From Terriglobia bacterium (GTDB lineage Bacteria > Acidobacteriota > Terriglobia > JAJPHL01 > JAPKYU01), in contig CBDBKE010000004.1 of the NCBI GenBank assembly GCA_965206645.1, positions 864,001 through 928,000 of the forward strand: a DNA stretch of 64,000 bases, read 5' to 3'. A program made the translations under genes and the position numbers. Position 1 is the first letter of the stretch. Every line of letters starts with the position of its first letter. Of the stretch, positions 23,340 through 32,697 are shown one piece after another. Below the pieces are notes generated by a model. It was not told the origin of the DNA. It saw nothing but the letters and a program-made list of their open reading frames with translations, and ran no database searches.

Positions 23340-24707
23340 TCAAGGTAGCTGGGCAGGCTCGGCGTCCGGCTCCGCCTGGGTCTCCATGCGCTCCAGCCGG
23401 ACCGAGGCAATGCGGTGGTGCTCCATCGCTTCCACGGTGAATCGCCAGCCATCAAACACGCACGATTCGCCCACCTTCGGGATGTGGCCCATGCTGCTTA
23501 GCAGAAAGCCGGCCAGCGTCTCAAACCCGCGGTCGCGCGGCACGCGAATTTCCCACCGCTCATCCAACTCGTGAATCCTAGTGGACCCCTCCAGGACCAA
23601 GCCGCGCAGCCCGGGCTCGACCGGCATTTCTTTCGCCGCGTGCTCGTCCGGCAGCTCACCCACGACGCGTTCGAGCACGTCCCGAACGGTTACCAGTCCG
23701 GCGATGCTGCCAAATTCATCGACCACCAGGGCCAGGTGCCGTCGGCGCCGCTTGAATTCCTCCAACAACTCACTCAGTGGCTTGGTTTCGGGAACAATCA
23801 GCGCGTCGCGGACCAGGCTGCGGAGCTGGAACTCGCGTACCGGCCGTCCCTGCTGCTGAGCAGCCTGCCCTTCGGCCAACACCCCAAACAAATCCTTCCG
23901 GTAGAGGACGCCAATGAAATTCTCGGGAGAGCCTTCATACACCGGCACGCGAGAGTATGGGCGCTCGACCAGTCGCCTGACCATCTCCTCCAACGGGGTG
24001 GCTACCGAGACGCTCACCACATCCGGGCGCGGCACCATGACCTCGCGGACAAGAATTTCCCCCAGATCAAAGATGTTGTGCGCCATCGCCTCCAGCGGCT
24101 CGGGTAGCAGTCCACCCTCCCGCCCCACGGTCACCAACATCTTCAGCTCTTCCGGGGAATGCACGTGCCGGTGAGTCGTCGAGCCTGCGCCGAACAGGCG
24201 GGAGATCGCGGTGGCAGCCGTGTCCAGGACGCGCAGAAAGGGGTGGGTGACCTGCACGAACAGATCCATGGGCCGTGCGATCAGCAGCACCAGACGGTCA
24301 CTCCGGGCCAGAGCCACGTTCTTCGGCACGACTTCGCCCAGGACCAGGTGCATGGCGGTAATAATCAAGAAGGCAACTGCCAGAGCGATGGAGTGAGCAA
24401 TCGCCAGCCGGGCCACCGGCGTAAACGCCGCCAAAAGCGGCATCAGCAAATCGGCCACCGCATGCTCGCCCACCCAGCCCAGAGCCAGGCTGGCCAGGGT
24501 GATGCCTAACTGCGTGGCCGACAAGACGCGGTCAATCTGGCCGTGAAGACGCACCGCGATCTTGGCCCCGCTGCGCCCCTCCGCCTCCAGTTGCCGAAGC
24601 CGGGTGGGCCGGATGCTCACCAGCACAAATTCGGCGGCTACGAAGAAGGCGTTGGCGGCCACAAAGAAGCCAACGGCCAACAGGCGCAGCGCCAGTGGCA
24701 CTTCCAT
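23340..24707 (-). CDS. HlyC/CorC (CNNM-CBS-CorC) family transporter
   Basis: FFVAAEF, QLGITLASLALG, GEVVPK, VMVPR, VVDEFG, ETLAG. Confidence 0.93.
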   Translation of the reverse strand: MEVPLALRLLAVGFFVAANAFFVAAEFVLVSIRPTRLRQLEAEGRSGAKIAVRLHGQIDRVLSATQLGITLASLALGWVGEHAVADLLMPLLAAFTPVARLAIAHSIALAVAFLIITAMHLVLGEVVPKNVALARSDRLVLLIARPMDLFVQVTHPFLRVLDTAATAISRLFGAGSTTHRHVHSPEELKMLVTVGREGGLLPEPLEAMAHNIFDLGEILVREVMVPRPDVVSVSVATPLEEMVRRLVERPYSRVPVYEGSPENFIGVLYRKDLFGVLAEGQAAQQQGRPVREFQLRSLVRDALIVPETKPLSELLEEFKRRRRHLALVVDEFGSIAGLVTVRDVLERVVGELPDEHAAKEMPVEPGLRGLVLEGSTRIHELDERWEIRVPRDRGFETLAGFLLSSMGHIPKVGESCVFDGWRFTVEAMEHHRIASVRLERMETQAEPDAEPAQLP

Positions 24708-24843
24708 AGGCAAGATGTTAGCACGGCGGGAAGCACCCTTAAAAAGAGGCACCCAAATGGGAAGCAGCTGCGTCCAATGGTGTGGCGGTTGGAGAAACTT
24801 TATACCGGCCAACGTGTTTAGAGACTCAGGGAGGTAACGCTCG

Positions 24844-25059
24844 ATGATGGCCGCTGGTATTGCGTTTGCAGTTGAAGATGTCCGTGGTTACGGGCCAGAA
24901 GTCGTCGAACGGCTGAAGCAGAGTCTGGAACAGAACTGCCCAGCATTGCCAGATCCCCGCCATCCCCACCTGTTCGTGCTGGAGTGTGCGGGCGAAAGTT
25001 TCTATATCGCTCCTCTCTCCACCGGCAAGGTCCTATTGCTGGCGCGCTGGCTGAGCTGA
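24844..25059 (+). CDS. Small hypothetical protein
   Basis: GGAGG RBS upstream; protein-like composition; fills the intergenic gap. Confidence 0.6.
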   Translation: MMAAGIAFAVEDVRGYGPEVVERLKQSLEQNCPALPDPRHPHLFVLECAGESFYIAPLSTGKVLLLARWLS

Positions 25060-25101
25060 CCGCCCCAGGCCCCGCCGAACAGCAGTACCAACTATCTTTC
25101 T

Positions 25102-25143
25102 CTTAATACAACATAAACGGCCCTTAATGCACCATAAACAGCC
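25102..25143. repeat. 21-bp AT-rich direct repeat, two units, upstream of yitJ
   Basis: cttaatacaacataaacggcc / cttaatgcaccataaacagcc (18/21). Confidence 0.8.
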
Positions 25144-25197
25144 TCACGCCCAGCAGCCGATTGTGGCTGACCGGCGGGGTGGGATAGAATCCTCAGC

Positions 25198-27063
25198 ATG
25201 CACGGCCGCGCGCAGAGGTTGCTAGAGCGCATTCAGACGCAGGTGGTGGTGGCTGACGGCGCCATGGGCACGATGCTGTACTCCAAGGGCATCTTCATCA
25301 ACCGCTGCTTCGACGAACTCAATCTTTCCAATCCAGGGCTGGTAAAGGAAATCCACCAGAGCTACGTTCGGGCCGGCGCCGAAATCATCGAAACCAACAC
25401 CTTCGGGGCCAACTCCCTGCGGCTGGCGGCCTTCGGCCTGGCGGAAAAACTGCGCGACATCAACCAAGCGGGGGTGCGCCTGGCGCGCGAGTCCGCTGGC
25501 GAGGATTTGTTTGTGGCGGGCGCCGTGGGCCCTCTGGGACTACGGATCGAACCCCTGGGCCCTACTTCCTTTCGGGAAGCGCGGGAAGCATTCCAGCAGC
25601 AAATCACGACCCTGGCTGCGGCCGGCGCCGACCTGATTGTGCTGGAAACCTTTGGCGACCTGAACGAAATCCGCGAAGCCATCTTCGCAGCCCGGGAGGC
25701 GTGCGACCTCCCCATCATGGCGCAGATGAGCGTGGACGAGGAGGGCAACGCGCTGTTTGGCGCCATCCCGGAGGTTTTCGCCCGCCGCCTGGAGGAGTGG
25801 GACGCCGACGTGGTTGGCGTCAACTGCTCGGTGGGACCCAAGTTGGCTCTGGAGGTTCTGGAGCGGATGCGCAAAGCCACCAGGAAGCCGCTCTCGGTGC
25901 AGCCGAACGCCGGCACACCAGCGAATATCGAAGGGCGCCATGTGTATCTCTGCTCGCCGGAATACCTGGCGCAGTACTCGCGGCGCTTCGCTCAAGCGGG
26001 TGCCAGGGTCATTGGTGGCTGTTGTGGCACTACGCCCGAGCACATCAAACTGATCAAGAACGAGGTCCGCTCTCTGCAGCCGGCGCATGCCCACTTCCAG
26101 GTGACCGCAGCGGTCGAGGATCGGCCCAAGGCGCTGCCACCGATCCCGCAGGAAGAGAAATCAGGGCTGGGCCAGAAGCTGAAGAATGGGGCGTTCCCAG
26201 TCTTTGTGGAAATCCTGCCGCCTCGCGGCTCCGACCCCAGCAAGGAAATCGAAGGGGCGCGACTGTGCGCTGCCCACGGTGTGGATTGCATCAATGTACC
26301 CGACGGGCCGCGGGCCAGCGCGCGGATGAGCGCACAGGCCCTGGCCTACCTAATCCAGCAGCAGGCGGGATTGGAAGCGGTCCTGCACTACTGCTGCCGC
26401 GACCGCAACATCATCAGCATGCAGTCGGACCTGCTGGGGGTTTACACGGTCGGCATCCGCAATCTGATCCTCATTACCGGTGACCCGCCGCGCCTGGGCA
26501 ACTACCCGGAGGCCACCGCCGTCTTTGACGTGGACGCCATCGGACTCACCAATATCGTTGCCAACCTGAACCGTGGCCTGGATCTGGGCGGCAGCCCAAT
26601 CGGCTCGCAGACCGGTTTCTTCATCGGGGTGGGCGCCGACCCGGGCGCGGTCCACATGGATCAAGAGCTCCGCCGGTTGCGGTGGAAAATCGAGGCGGGT
26701 GCCGAATATATCGTGACCCAACCTGTGTTTGACCTGGACCAACTGGAAGCACTGGTCCGCCAGGTAGAACCGTTCAAGATCCCCGTCGTTGCCGGCATCT
26801 GGCCGCTGACCAGCTACCGGAATGCAGAGTTTATGATCAACGAGCTGCGAGTGCCCGTCCCGGACGCCTTCATGGAGCGGATGCGTAAGGCCGAGTCGGC
26901 TGAAGCGGCGCGGGCCGAAGGAGTGGCGATCGCCCGCGAGATGCTGGCCCGGGCGCACCACGTGGTGCAGGGCGCGCAGTTGAGCGCGCCGTTCGGCCGC
27001 TACCGCATGGCCCTGGAGGTCTTGGAAGCGCTCGGCGATCGCCGCGCACAGGTCGCCACCTAA
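25198..27063 (+). CDS. yitJ: Bifunctional homocysteine S-methyltransferase / methylenetetrahydrofolate reductase
   Basis: DGAMGT, GVNC, IGGCCGTTPEHI; MTHFR half with CRDRN, TGDPP, TQPVFD. Confidence 0.92.
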   Translation: MHGRAQRLLERIQTQVVVADGAMGTMLYSKGIFINRCFDELNLSNPGLVKEIHQSYVRAGAEIIETNTFGANSLRLAAFGLAEKLRDINQAGVRLARESAGEDLFVAGAVGPLGLRIEPLGPTSFREAREAFQQQITTLAAAGADLIVLETFGDLNEIREAIFAAREACDLPIMAQMSVDEEGNALFGAIPEVFARRLEEWDADVVGVNCSVGPKLALEVLERMRKATRKPLSVQPNAGTPANIEGRHVYLCSPEYLAQYSRRFAQAGARVIGGCCGTTPEHIKLIKNEVRSLQPAHAHFQVTAAVEDRPKALPPIPQEEKSGLGQKLKNGAFPVFVEILPPRGSDPSKEIEGARLCAAHGVDCINVPDGPRASARMSAQALAYLIQQQAGLEAVLHYCCRDRNIISMQSDLLGVYTVGIRNLILITGDPPRLGNYPEATAVFDVDAIGLTNIVANLNRGLDLGGSPIGSQTGFFIGVGADPGAVHMDQELRRLRWKIEAGAEYIVTQPVFDLDQLEALVRQVEPFKIPVVAGIWPLTSYRNAEFMINELRVPVPDAFMERMRKAESAEAARAEGVAIAREMLARAHHVVQGAQLSAPFGRYRMALEVLEALGDRRAQVAT

Positions 27064-27324
27064 ATGCCAAAAGACGCCACACCCCCATCGGAATCGTTCG
27101 AAGGTTCGCTGGACCGCCTGGAGAAGATCGTCAAGGAGCTGGAGAACGGCAACTTGCCGCTGGAGCGCGCCCTGGAGCTGTTCGAGGAAGGCATGAAGCT
27201 TTCCGAGAACTGCCGGCGGCAACTGGACAGCGCCGAAAGCCGCATCGAGATGCTAGTGCGGAAGGCTGACGGCCGCGTCGTGACAGAACCGTTCCGCCTG
27301 GCCGACGAGAGCGACAAGCCGTGA
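27064..27324 (+). CDS. xseB: Exodeoxyribonuclease VII small subunit
   Basis: SFEGSLDRLEKIVKELE...LPLERALELFEEG. Confidence 0.95.
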   Translation: MPKDATPPSESFEGSLDRLEKIVKELENGNLPLERALELFEEGMKLSENCRRQLDSAESRIEMLVRKADGRVVTEPFRLADESDKP

Positions 27325-28223
27325 GTGGCCTCTCGGCCCGCCTCCAGGAGCGGTTGCGGCTCCGGCAGCAGGCGGTGGACGCCCGCCTGGAACAATTGCT
27401 GCCGCCGCCCAACCAGCGGCCCGAGAGCTTGCACGGCGGTATGCGCCACAGCGTCTTCGCGGGGGGCAAGCGCATCCGCCCCACTCTCTGCCTGGAAGCA
27501 GCCGCGGCTGTGCGTCCTGAGGAAGCGGAACAGGCCCTGGACGTGGGTTGCGCCCTGGAGATGATTCACACTTACTCGTTGATTCACGACGACCTGCCGG
27601 CCCTGGACAACGATAACTTCCGCCGCGGCCATCCCACCTGCCACAAAGCATTCGGGGAAGCCACCGCCATTCTGGCCGGCGACGCGCTCCTGACGCTGGC
27701 CTTTGAAGTTCTGGCCCGTTGTGGCCCGACGTTGGCCGAGCGCCGCGCCGCCATCCTGGCCGATGTGGCCCAGGCGGCCGGCACCCTGGACGGCATGATT
27801 GGGGGCCAGGTGGTGGACCTGGAGTCGGAACGCCGCCCGGTGGATGCCGCAACGGTGGAATACATCCACCGCTCCAAGACCGGCGCTTTGATCCGAGCCG
27901 CCGTGTGTAGCGGCGCGCTGGCTGCGGGTGCCGTAGAAGACCAACTAGCCGCCCTCTCCGAATACGGAGCGCAGCTCGGGCTGGCCTTTCAAATTGTGGA
28001 CGACATCCTGGACGTCGAAAGCTCCTCGCAAAAGCTTGGCAAGACAGCCGGCAAGGACGCAGCTCAGCAGAAAGCCACTTATCCTGCCGTTCACGGGCTG
28101 GCCTGCTCCCGGGAACTGGCGGCGGCGAGGATTCAGAAGGCCGTGGCGGCTCTCGAGCCGTTCGGCCCTCAGGGATGTTGGCTACGGGAAATTGCGCTCT
28201 ACATCGGCGAACGGAAAAATTAA
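27321..28223 (+). CDS. ispA: Polyprenyl (farnesyl/geranylgeranyl) diphosphate synthase
   Basis: GGKRIRP, SLIHDDLPALDNDNFRRG, FQIVDDILD, GKTAGKD. Confidence 0.95.
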   Translation: MSGLSARLQERLRLRQQAVDARLEQLLPPPNQRPESLHGGMRHSVFAGGKRIRPTLCLEAAAAVRPEEAEQALDVGCALEMIHTYSLIHDDLPALDNDNFRRGHPTCHKAFGEATAILAGDALLTLAFEVLARCGPTLAERRAAILADVAQAAGTLDGMIGGQVVDLESERRPVDAATVEYIHRSKTGALIRAAVCSGALAAGAVEDQLAALSEYGAQLGLAFQIVDDILDVESSSQKLGKTAGKDAAQQKATYPAVHGLACSRELAAARIQKAVAALEPFGPQGCWLREIALYIGERKN

Positions 28224-28384
28224 ACAAACACGCCAGCTTTCATAGTGGCGCCGACGGCTCTCCGCCCGCTCACAAGCCAGCCGGATATCTTGCAACTCCC
28301 CGGCCAGGGGTGGCATCCCCAACCGACACTTGATAAGCTTCCTTCGCGTGCTGAGGGTAGTGTCTTTTCGGTAAGAAGCTGAGT

Positions 28385-29134
28385 TTGAAAGTACGGCTGG
28401 ACAAGCTGCTGGTGGAACGCGGCCTGGCGGAAACCCGCCAGAAGGCGCAGGCGATGATCCTTGCGGGAGAGGTTTTGGTCGAAGAGCAGAAAGTCGAAAA
28501 GCCCGGCACGTTGGTGAGGGCCGACGCACCGTTGCGTTTGCTGGGAGGCGGGATTCGTTACGTCAGCCGCGGCGGACTGAAGCTGGAGGCGGCGCTGGCC
28601 TCCTTCGCCATCGACGTGGCGGGTAAGGTCTGCCTGGATGTGGGCGCCTCGACCGGCGGATTTACTGACTGCCTGCTCCAGCACGGCGGAAGCCGCGTCT
28701 ACGCGGTGGACGTCGGAGCCGGCCAAATGGACTGGCGGCTGCGCAGCGACCCACGCGTCCGCCTTCGTGAGAAGCTGAACGCCCGCCGCCTTGCACCCGA
28801 AGACATCGGCGAGCCGGTGGATTTTGTCTCCGTAGACGTCTCGTTCATTTCTGCTACGCTCATCCTGCCCCGGCTGCCCGCCGTGCTGAAAGAGGATGGG
28901 CAGGCGGTGGTGCTGGTGAAGCCCCAATTTGAGGTGGGACGCGGACACGTGGGCAAAGGCGGGATCGTGCGCGATCCCCAACTCCACTCGGCCGCGGTGG
29001 AAAAAGTGGAAGTCGCGGCCAAATCCGCAGGCATGGTGGTGGCGGGGCAGATGCCCAGTCCCATACAGGGCAGCGAAGGGAACCAGGAATTCCTGCTCCT
29101 TCTTCGTTGCCGGAACCGGAATATTGAAGAGTGA
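28385..29134 (+). CDS. tlyA: TlyA-family rRNA 2'-O-methyltransferase
   Basis: S4 domain RLDKLL, YVSRGGLKL, DVGASTGGFTD, LVKPQFE, GNQEF. Confidence 0.95.
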   Translation: MKVRLDKLLVERGLAETRQKAQAMILAGEVLVEEQKVEKPGTLVRADAPLRLLGGGIRYVSRGGLKLEAALASFAIDVAGKVCLDVGASTGGFTDCLLQHGGSRVYAVDVGAGQMDWRLRSDPRVRLREKLNARRLAPEDIGEPVDFVSVDVSFISATLILPRLPAVLKEDGQAVVLVKPQFEVGRGHVGKGGIVRDPQLHSAAVEKVEVAAKSAGMVVAGQMPSPIQGSEGNQEFLLLLRCRNRNIEE

Positions 29135-29203
29135 TCATGTTTTATTGATGATTATTCCAGGTTATTCAATTACCAATGTGCCAATCGTCAATCATTTAAT
29201 GAC

Positions 29204-30076
29204 ATGAAGACCGTCGGAATTATATCCAAACCGAAGAACCCGGAAGTTCGCCAGATTGTTCCGGACCTGACCTGCTGGCTGGCGGAACGAAAGGTGTCGG
29301 TGCTGGTGGACCGCGAGACCGCGGCGGCGATGGGCGACCCCGCTGGCGGGCTGGAGCGGGAGGAACTGACCCGCCGGGTGGACCTGCTGGTGGTGCTAGG
29401 CGGCGATGGCACTCTGCTGGCCGCCGCCCGCGCCGTCCAGGAGCGCGACCTGCCAGTGCTGGCCGTCAACTTGGGCGGCATGGGCTTCTTGACCTCGGTC
29501 ACTTTGCCTGAGATGCACCCCGACCTGGAGCACGTGCTGGCCGGCCGCTATGAAGTGGATCTGCGCCGCAAGCTGCTGGTGGAGGTGCGACGCGCGGCTG
29601 GCGCGGGCACTGGTGAAATCGTTGGTGTGTACCATGCCTTGAACGATGCGGTGCTGAACAAGGCCTCGCTGGCTCGCATCCTGGACTTTGACGCGTTTGT
29701 GGACGGAGAATTCGTTTGCACCTACAAGGCGGACGGCCTAATTATCTCCAGCGCCACCGGCTCCACCGCCTATTCGCTGTCGGCCGGCGGGCCCATTATC
29801 TTGCCGGGGGTGGACGCCGTCCTCATCACTCCCATCGCCTCTCATACGCTGACAAACCGGCCTTTGGTGGTCCCAAGAACTTCGACGATCGAAGTTGTGG
29901 TGAAGGCCGAGTACGAACCAGTGTTTCTCACCGTGGACGGGCAGGTGGGATTGGACATTCATCACGGGGATCGTGTGCTCTGCTGCCTCTCTCCACAGGT
30001 GCTCCGCCTGGTGCGTCCGCCGGGCAAGAGCTACTTTGATGTGCTGCGCAATAAGCTGAAGTGGGGACAGCGATGA
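29204..30076 (+). CDS. nadK: NAD+ kinase
   Basis: LGGDGT, ALND, DGLIISSATGSTAYSLSAGG. Confidence 0.96.
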   Translation: MKTVGIISKPKNPEVRQIVPDLTCWLAERKVSVLVDRETAAAMGDPAGGLEREELTRRVDLLVVLGGDGTLLAAARAVQERDLPVLAVNLGGMGFLTSVTLPEMHPDLEHVLAGRYEVDLRRKLLVEVRRAAGAGTGEIVGVYHALNDAVLNKASLARILDFDAFVDGEFVCTYKADGLIISSATGSTAYSLSAGGPIILPGVDAVLITPIASHTLTNRPLVVPRTSTIEVVVKAEYEPVFLTVDGQVGLDIHHGDRVLCCLSPQVLRLVRPPGKSYFDVLRNKLKWGQR

Positions 30077-30079
30077 GCC

Positions 30080-30152
30080 GATTTGGGATTCCAAAATCCG
30101 GAATCCACACAAATAATCACAAATTCCTAATCCGAAATCGGAAATCCAAAAT
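30080..30152. repeat. Degenerate heptamer (AAATCCG-type) repeat tract
   Basis: aaattcc taatccg aaatcgg aaatcca aaat, with short inverted arm gatttgggatt. Confidence 0.7.
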
Positions 30153-30167
30153 GAGTAGGCAGCAACC

Positions 30168-31376
30168 GTGAAGCTGCCCCGGCCGGGATTAACCGCTCAG
30201 ATTCTGGCGGCTCTGGCGCTGGCCGTGCTGTTTGGCTGGCTGGCTCCAGGCCCGGCGCGAGCCTGCAAGCCGTTGGGCGACCTGTTTATTCGCCTGGTGC
30301 TGATGATCGTGGCGCCCCTGGTGTTCTCGACGTTGGTTGTAGCCCTGGCGCGCTCGGGCAATTTCGGCCGCGTCGGCCGCCTGGGGATGAAGACGCTGGC
30401 GTACTTCCTGCTGGCCACCACGCTGGCCATTCTGGTAGGCATCGGGATGGCGACACTGCTGCGGCCGGGCGCAGGAGCCAATCTTGCCGGTGCTGGCGTC
30501 GCCGCACCGGCTGAATTCCTGAAGACCCCTGACGCGCAACTCCCTTTCCCGCTGCGCCTGGTACCCACCAGCATCGTCGACGCGATGTCGCGCGGCGACA
30601 TCCTGCAAATCGTGGTGTTCTCCCTGCTGTTCGGGATCTCGCTGCTCGCCGTGGGCGAGCGAGGCAGGCCGGTGACCATCTTTCTGGAAGGACTGGCCGA
30701 GGTGATGTTCCGCTTCACCCACTACGTTATGTACTTCGCGCCCGTGGGAGTTTTCGGCGCGATGGCCGTCATTGTGGGCACGCTGGGCGTCGGAGTGCTG
30801 CGCCCCTTCGCGGTCTTCGTCGCCGGAGTCCTAGCCGCGCAGTTCCTGCTGCTGTTGCTCGTTTTCTTCGCACTGGCGCGGCTGGCCGACGTTCCTTTCG
30901 CCAGGTTTCTCCGGGCCGTGCGAGCTCCGGCACTGATCGCCTTTTCCACTACCTCGAGCACCGCCGCCCTGCCCAAGGCGCTCGAGGTGCTGCAAAAATT
31001 GGGCGTGCGGCGCGAGGTGGCAGCTTTCGTTTTGCCCACCGGCTACAGTTTCAACCTGGCCGGTTCCCATCTGTACCTGGCTTTTTCGGCCGTCTTCCTG
31101 GGGCAAGCGTATGGTGTGGAGTTGGGCTGGGGAGAGCTTCTGATGCTCCTGTTTCTGCTCAACGTGACCGCCAAGGGAATCCCCACAGTTCCGCGCGGCT
31201 CGCTTCTGGTGTTGGCCGCGACGATCACGCCGCTAGGCATCCCGCTGGAAGGTATTCCCGTGCTGCTGGCCATTGACCAGATTCCCGACATGGTGCGCAC
31301 CGGCGTCAACATCACCGGGAACTGCCTGGCCTGCACGGTGGTGGACAAGTGGGAAAGGGGAGGGCTGGCGACCTGA
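30168..31376 (+). CDS. Dicarboxylate/amino acid:cation symporter (DAACS; GltP/DctA-like)
   Basis: AFSTTSSTAALP, LPTGYSFNL, DMVRTGVNITGN. Confidence 0.92.
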   Translation: MKLPRPGLTAQILAALALAVLFGWLAPGPARACKPLGDLFIRLVLMIVAPLVFSTLVVALARSGNFGRVGRLGMKTLAYFLLATTLAILVGIGMATLLRPGAGANLAGAGVAAPAEFLKTPDAQLPFPLRLVPTSIVDAMSRGDILQIVVFSLLFGISLLAVGERGRPVTIFLEGLAEVMFRFTHYVMYFAPVGVFGAMAVIVGTLGVGVLRPFAVFVAGVLAAQFLLLLLVFFALARLADVPFARFLRAVRAPALIAFSTTSSTAALPKALEVLQKLGVRREVAAFVLPTGYSFNLAGSHLYLAFSAVFLGQAYGVELGWGELLMLLFLLNVTAKGIPTVPRGSLLVLAATITPLGIPLEGIPVLLAIDQIPDMVRTGVNITGNCLACTVVDKWERGGLAT

Positions 31377-31393
31377 AGGCCGCCGCTACGGCT

Positions 31394-31768
31394 TTAGGCG
31401 GCCGCCTCGCCCGACAATGGCTGAATGGCAACGGAACAGGTAAAGCGCGGCTCCAGATGGCCCTTGCCCCAGCGGCTGGCCGTCCATTTGCCCCGCAGGA
31501 ATTTGATCGCCGCCTGCTCGCTTAAATCCAGAATCAATTGGTGAGTGCCCGCATAGAACTTTTGCGGGAATGCGGTCAGAGGCTTGGCCTCCCAAGTGAT
31601 GCCGTCCTCCGAGCCCCAAACGGAAACGTCCAGTGATTCCTGCTCGATGATGCGGGTGATGCTCAAGGTGAGCAGAAACTTCCGCACGGCGGGGTCGCCC
31701 AGCTCCAGTGGCTGCCCTTCCCCCTTGGCTTCCACGACCTGCTCAGGGATCAGAAAGGTGTTGCGCAT
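31394..31768 (-). CDS. Hypothetical protein (beta-rich)
   Basis: Co-oriented downstream of korB, with RBS-like GAGGGAG. Confidence 0.7.
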   Translation of the reverse strand: MRNTFLIPEQVVEAKGEGQPLELGDPAVRKFLLTLSITRIIEQESLDVSVWGSEDGITWEAKPLTAFPQKFYAGTHQLILDLSEQAAIKFLRGKWTASRWGKGHLEPRFTCSVAIQPLSGEAAA

Positions 31769-31794
31769 CGGCGAGAGGAGACTCCCTCGCTTGA

Positions 31795-32676
31795 CTACAC
31801 TAGTTCTTGGACCAGGCTGTCGAAGACTTCCTTCCCCATCCCCAATGGCTGCTTTGCCAGCGGCCCATGGCGGAGGACGGGCTCGGAGTCTTCGTAAGTG
31901 GACTGCTCGTCTTTATAGAACAGGCCGATGGGAATGCGGTCGCCCCACTCAAAGGATTTCTCCAGCGCGGCGGGTACGTTGGAGGGATCGTACCCTTGTT
32001 CTTTTTCCAGCTTGTAGCAGCGCTGCTTGAAGTAGGGGTAGGTGTTGACCTTGTTGTAGGTGACGCAGGGGCTGAAGGTGTCCACCAGGGCGAAACCGCG
32101 GTGTTGGATGCCCGCGGCGATCACATCGGCCATGTGGCCCGGGTCGCCCGAGAAAGCTCGAGAAATGTAGGTCGCGCCGGAGACCAGCGCCAGCGCGATG
32201 GGGTTGATGGGCAGCTCGGCGTTGCCCCGTGGCGTGGACTTGGTGCGCATTTCCTTGATGGTAGTGGGCGAGGCCTGGCCGGTGGTGAGCCCGTAGATCT
32301 GGTTGTTCATCACCACGTAGGTCAGGTCCAGGTTCCGCCGCATGGCGTGGATGAAATGGCCAATGCCGATGCCGTAGCCATCCCCGTCGCCACCGGTGAT
32401 CACCACCTTCAAGTCGGTGTTGGCAAACTTGGCGCCGCTGGCTACTGCCACTGCCCGCCCGTGCAAGCTGTGCACCCCGTAGGCGTGGATGTATCCTGGC
32501 AGGTTGGAGGAGCAGCCAATTCCGGAGACCACCAGCAGGTCTTTGGGCTGCACTCCGGCTTTAGCGGCAGCCATCTTGACCGCCTTCAGAACAGCGAAGT
32601 CGCCGCAACCGGGGCACCAGTCCGGCTCCACCGGACCAGCATAGGTTTGAATGGGCAGTTCCAGGACTGTGGCCAT
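31795..32676 (-). CDS. korB: 2-oxoacid:ferredoxin oxidoreductase beta subunit
   Basis: WCPGCGD, SGIGCS, LHGR, GGDGD, NNQIYGLTTGQASPT. Confidence 0.93.
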   Translation of the reverse strand: MATVLELPIQTYAGPVEPDWCPGCGDFAVLKAVKMAAAKAGVQPKDLLVVSGIGCSSNLPGYIHAYGVHSLHGRAVAVASGAKFANTDLKVVITGGDGDGYGIGIGHFIHAMRRNLDLTYVVMNNQIYGLTTGQASPTTIKEMRTKSTPRGNAELPINPIALALVSGATYISRAFSGDPGHMADVIAAGIQHRGFALVDTFSPCVTYNKVNTYPYFKQRCYKLEKEQGYDPSNVPAALEKSFEWGDRIPIGLFYKDEQSTYEDSEPVLRHGPLAKQPLGMGKEVFDSLVQELV

Positions 32677-32697
32677 GCTTTTATTTCGCCTCCAAGA

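Noticed and set aside
28224-28384. Possible riboswitch between ispA and tlyA
   Set aside because: Some hairpin potential, but no conserved TPP, SAM, cobalamin or FMN core motifs were recognisable.
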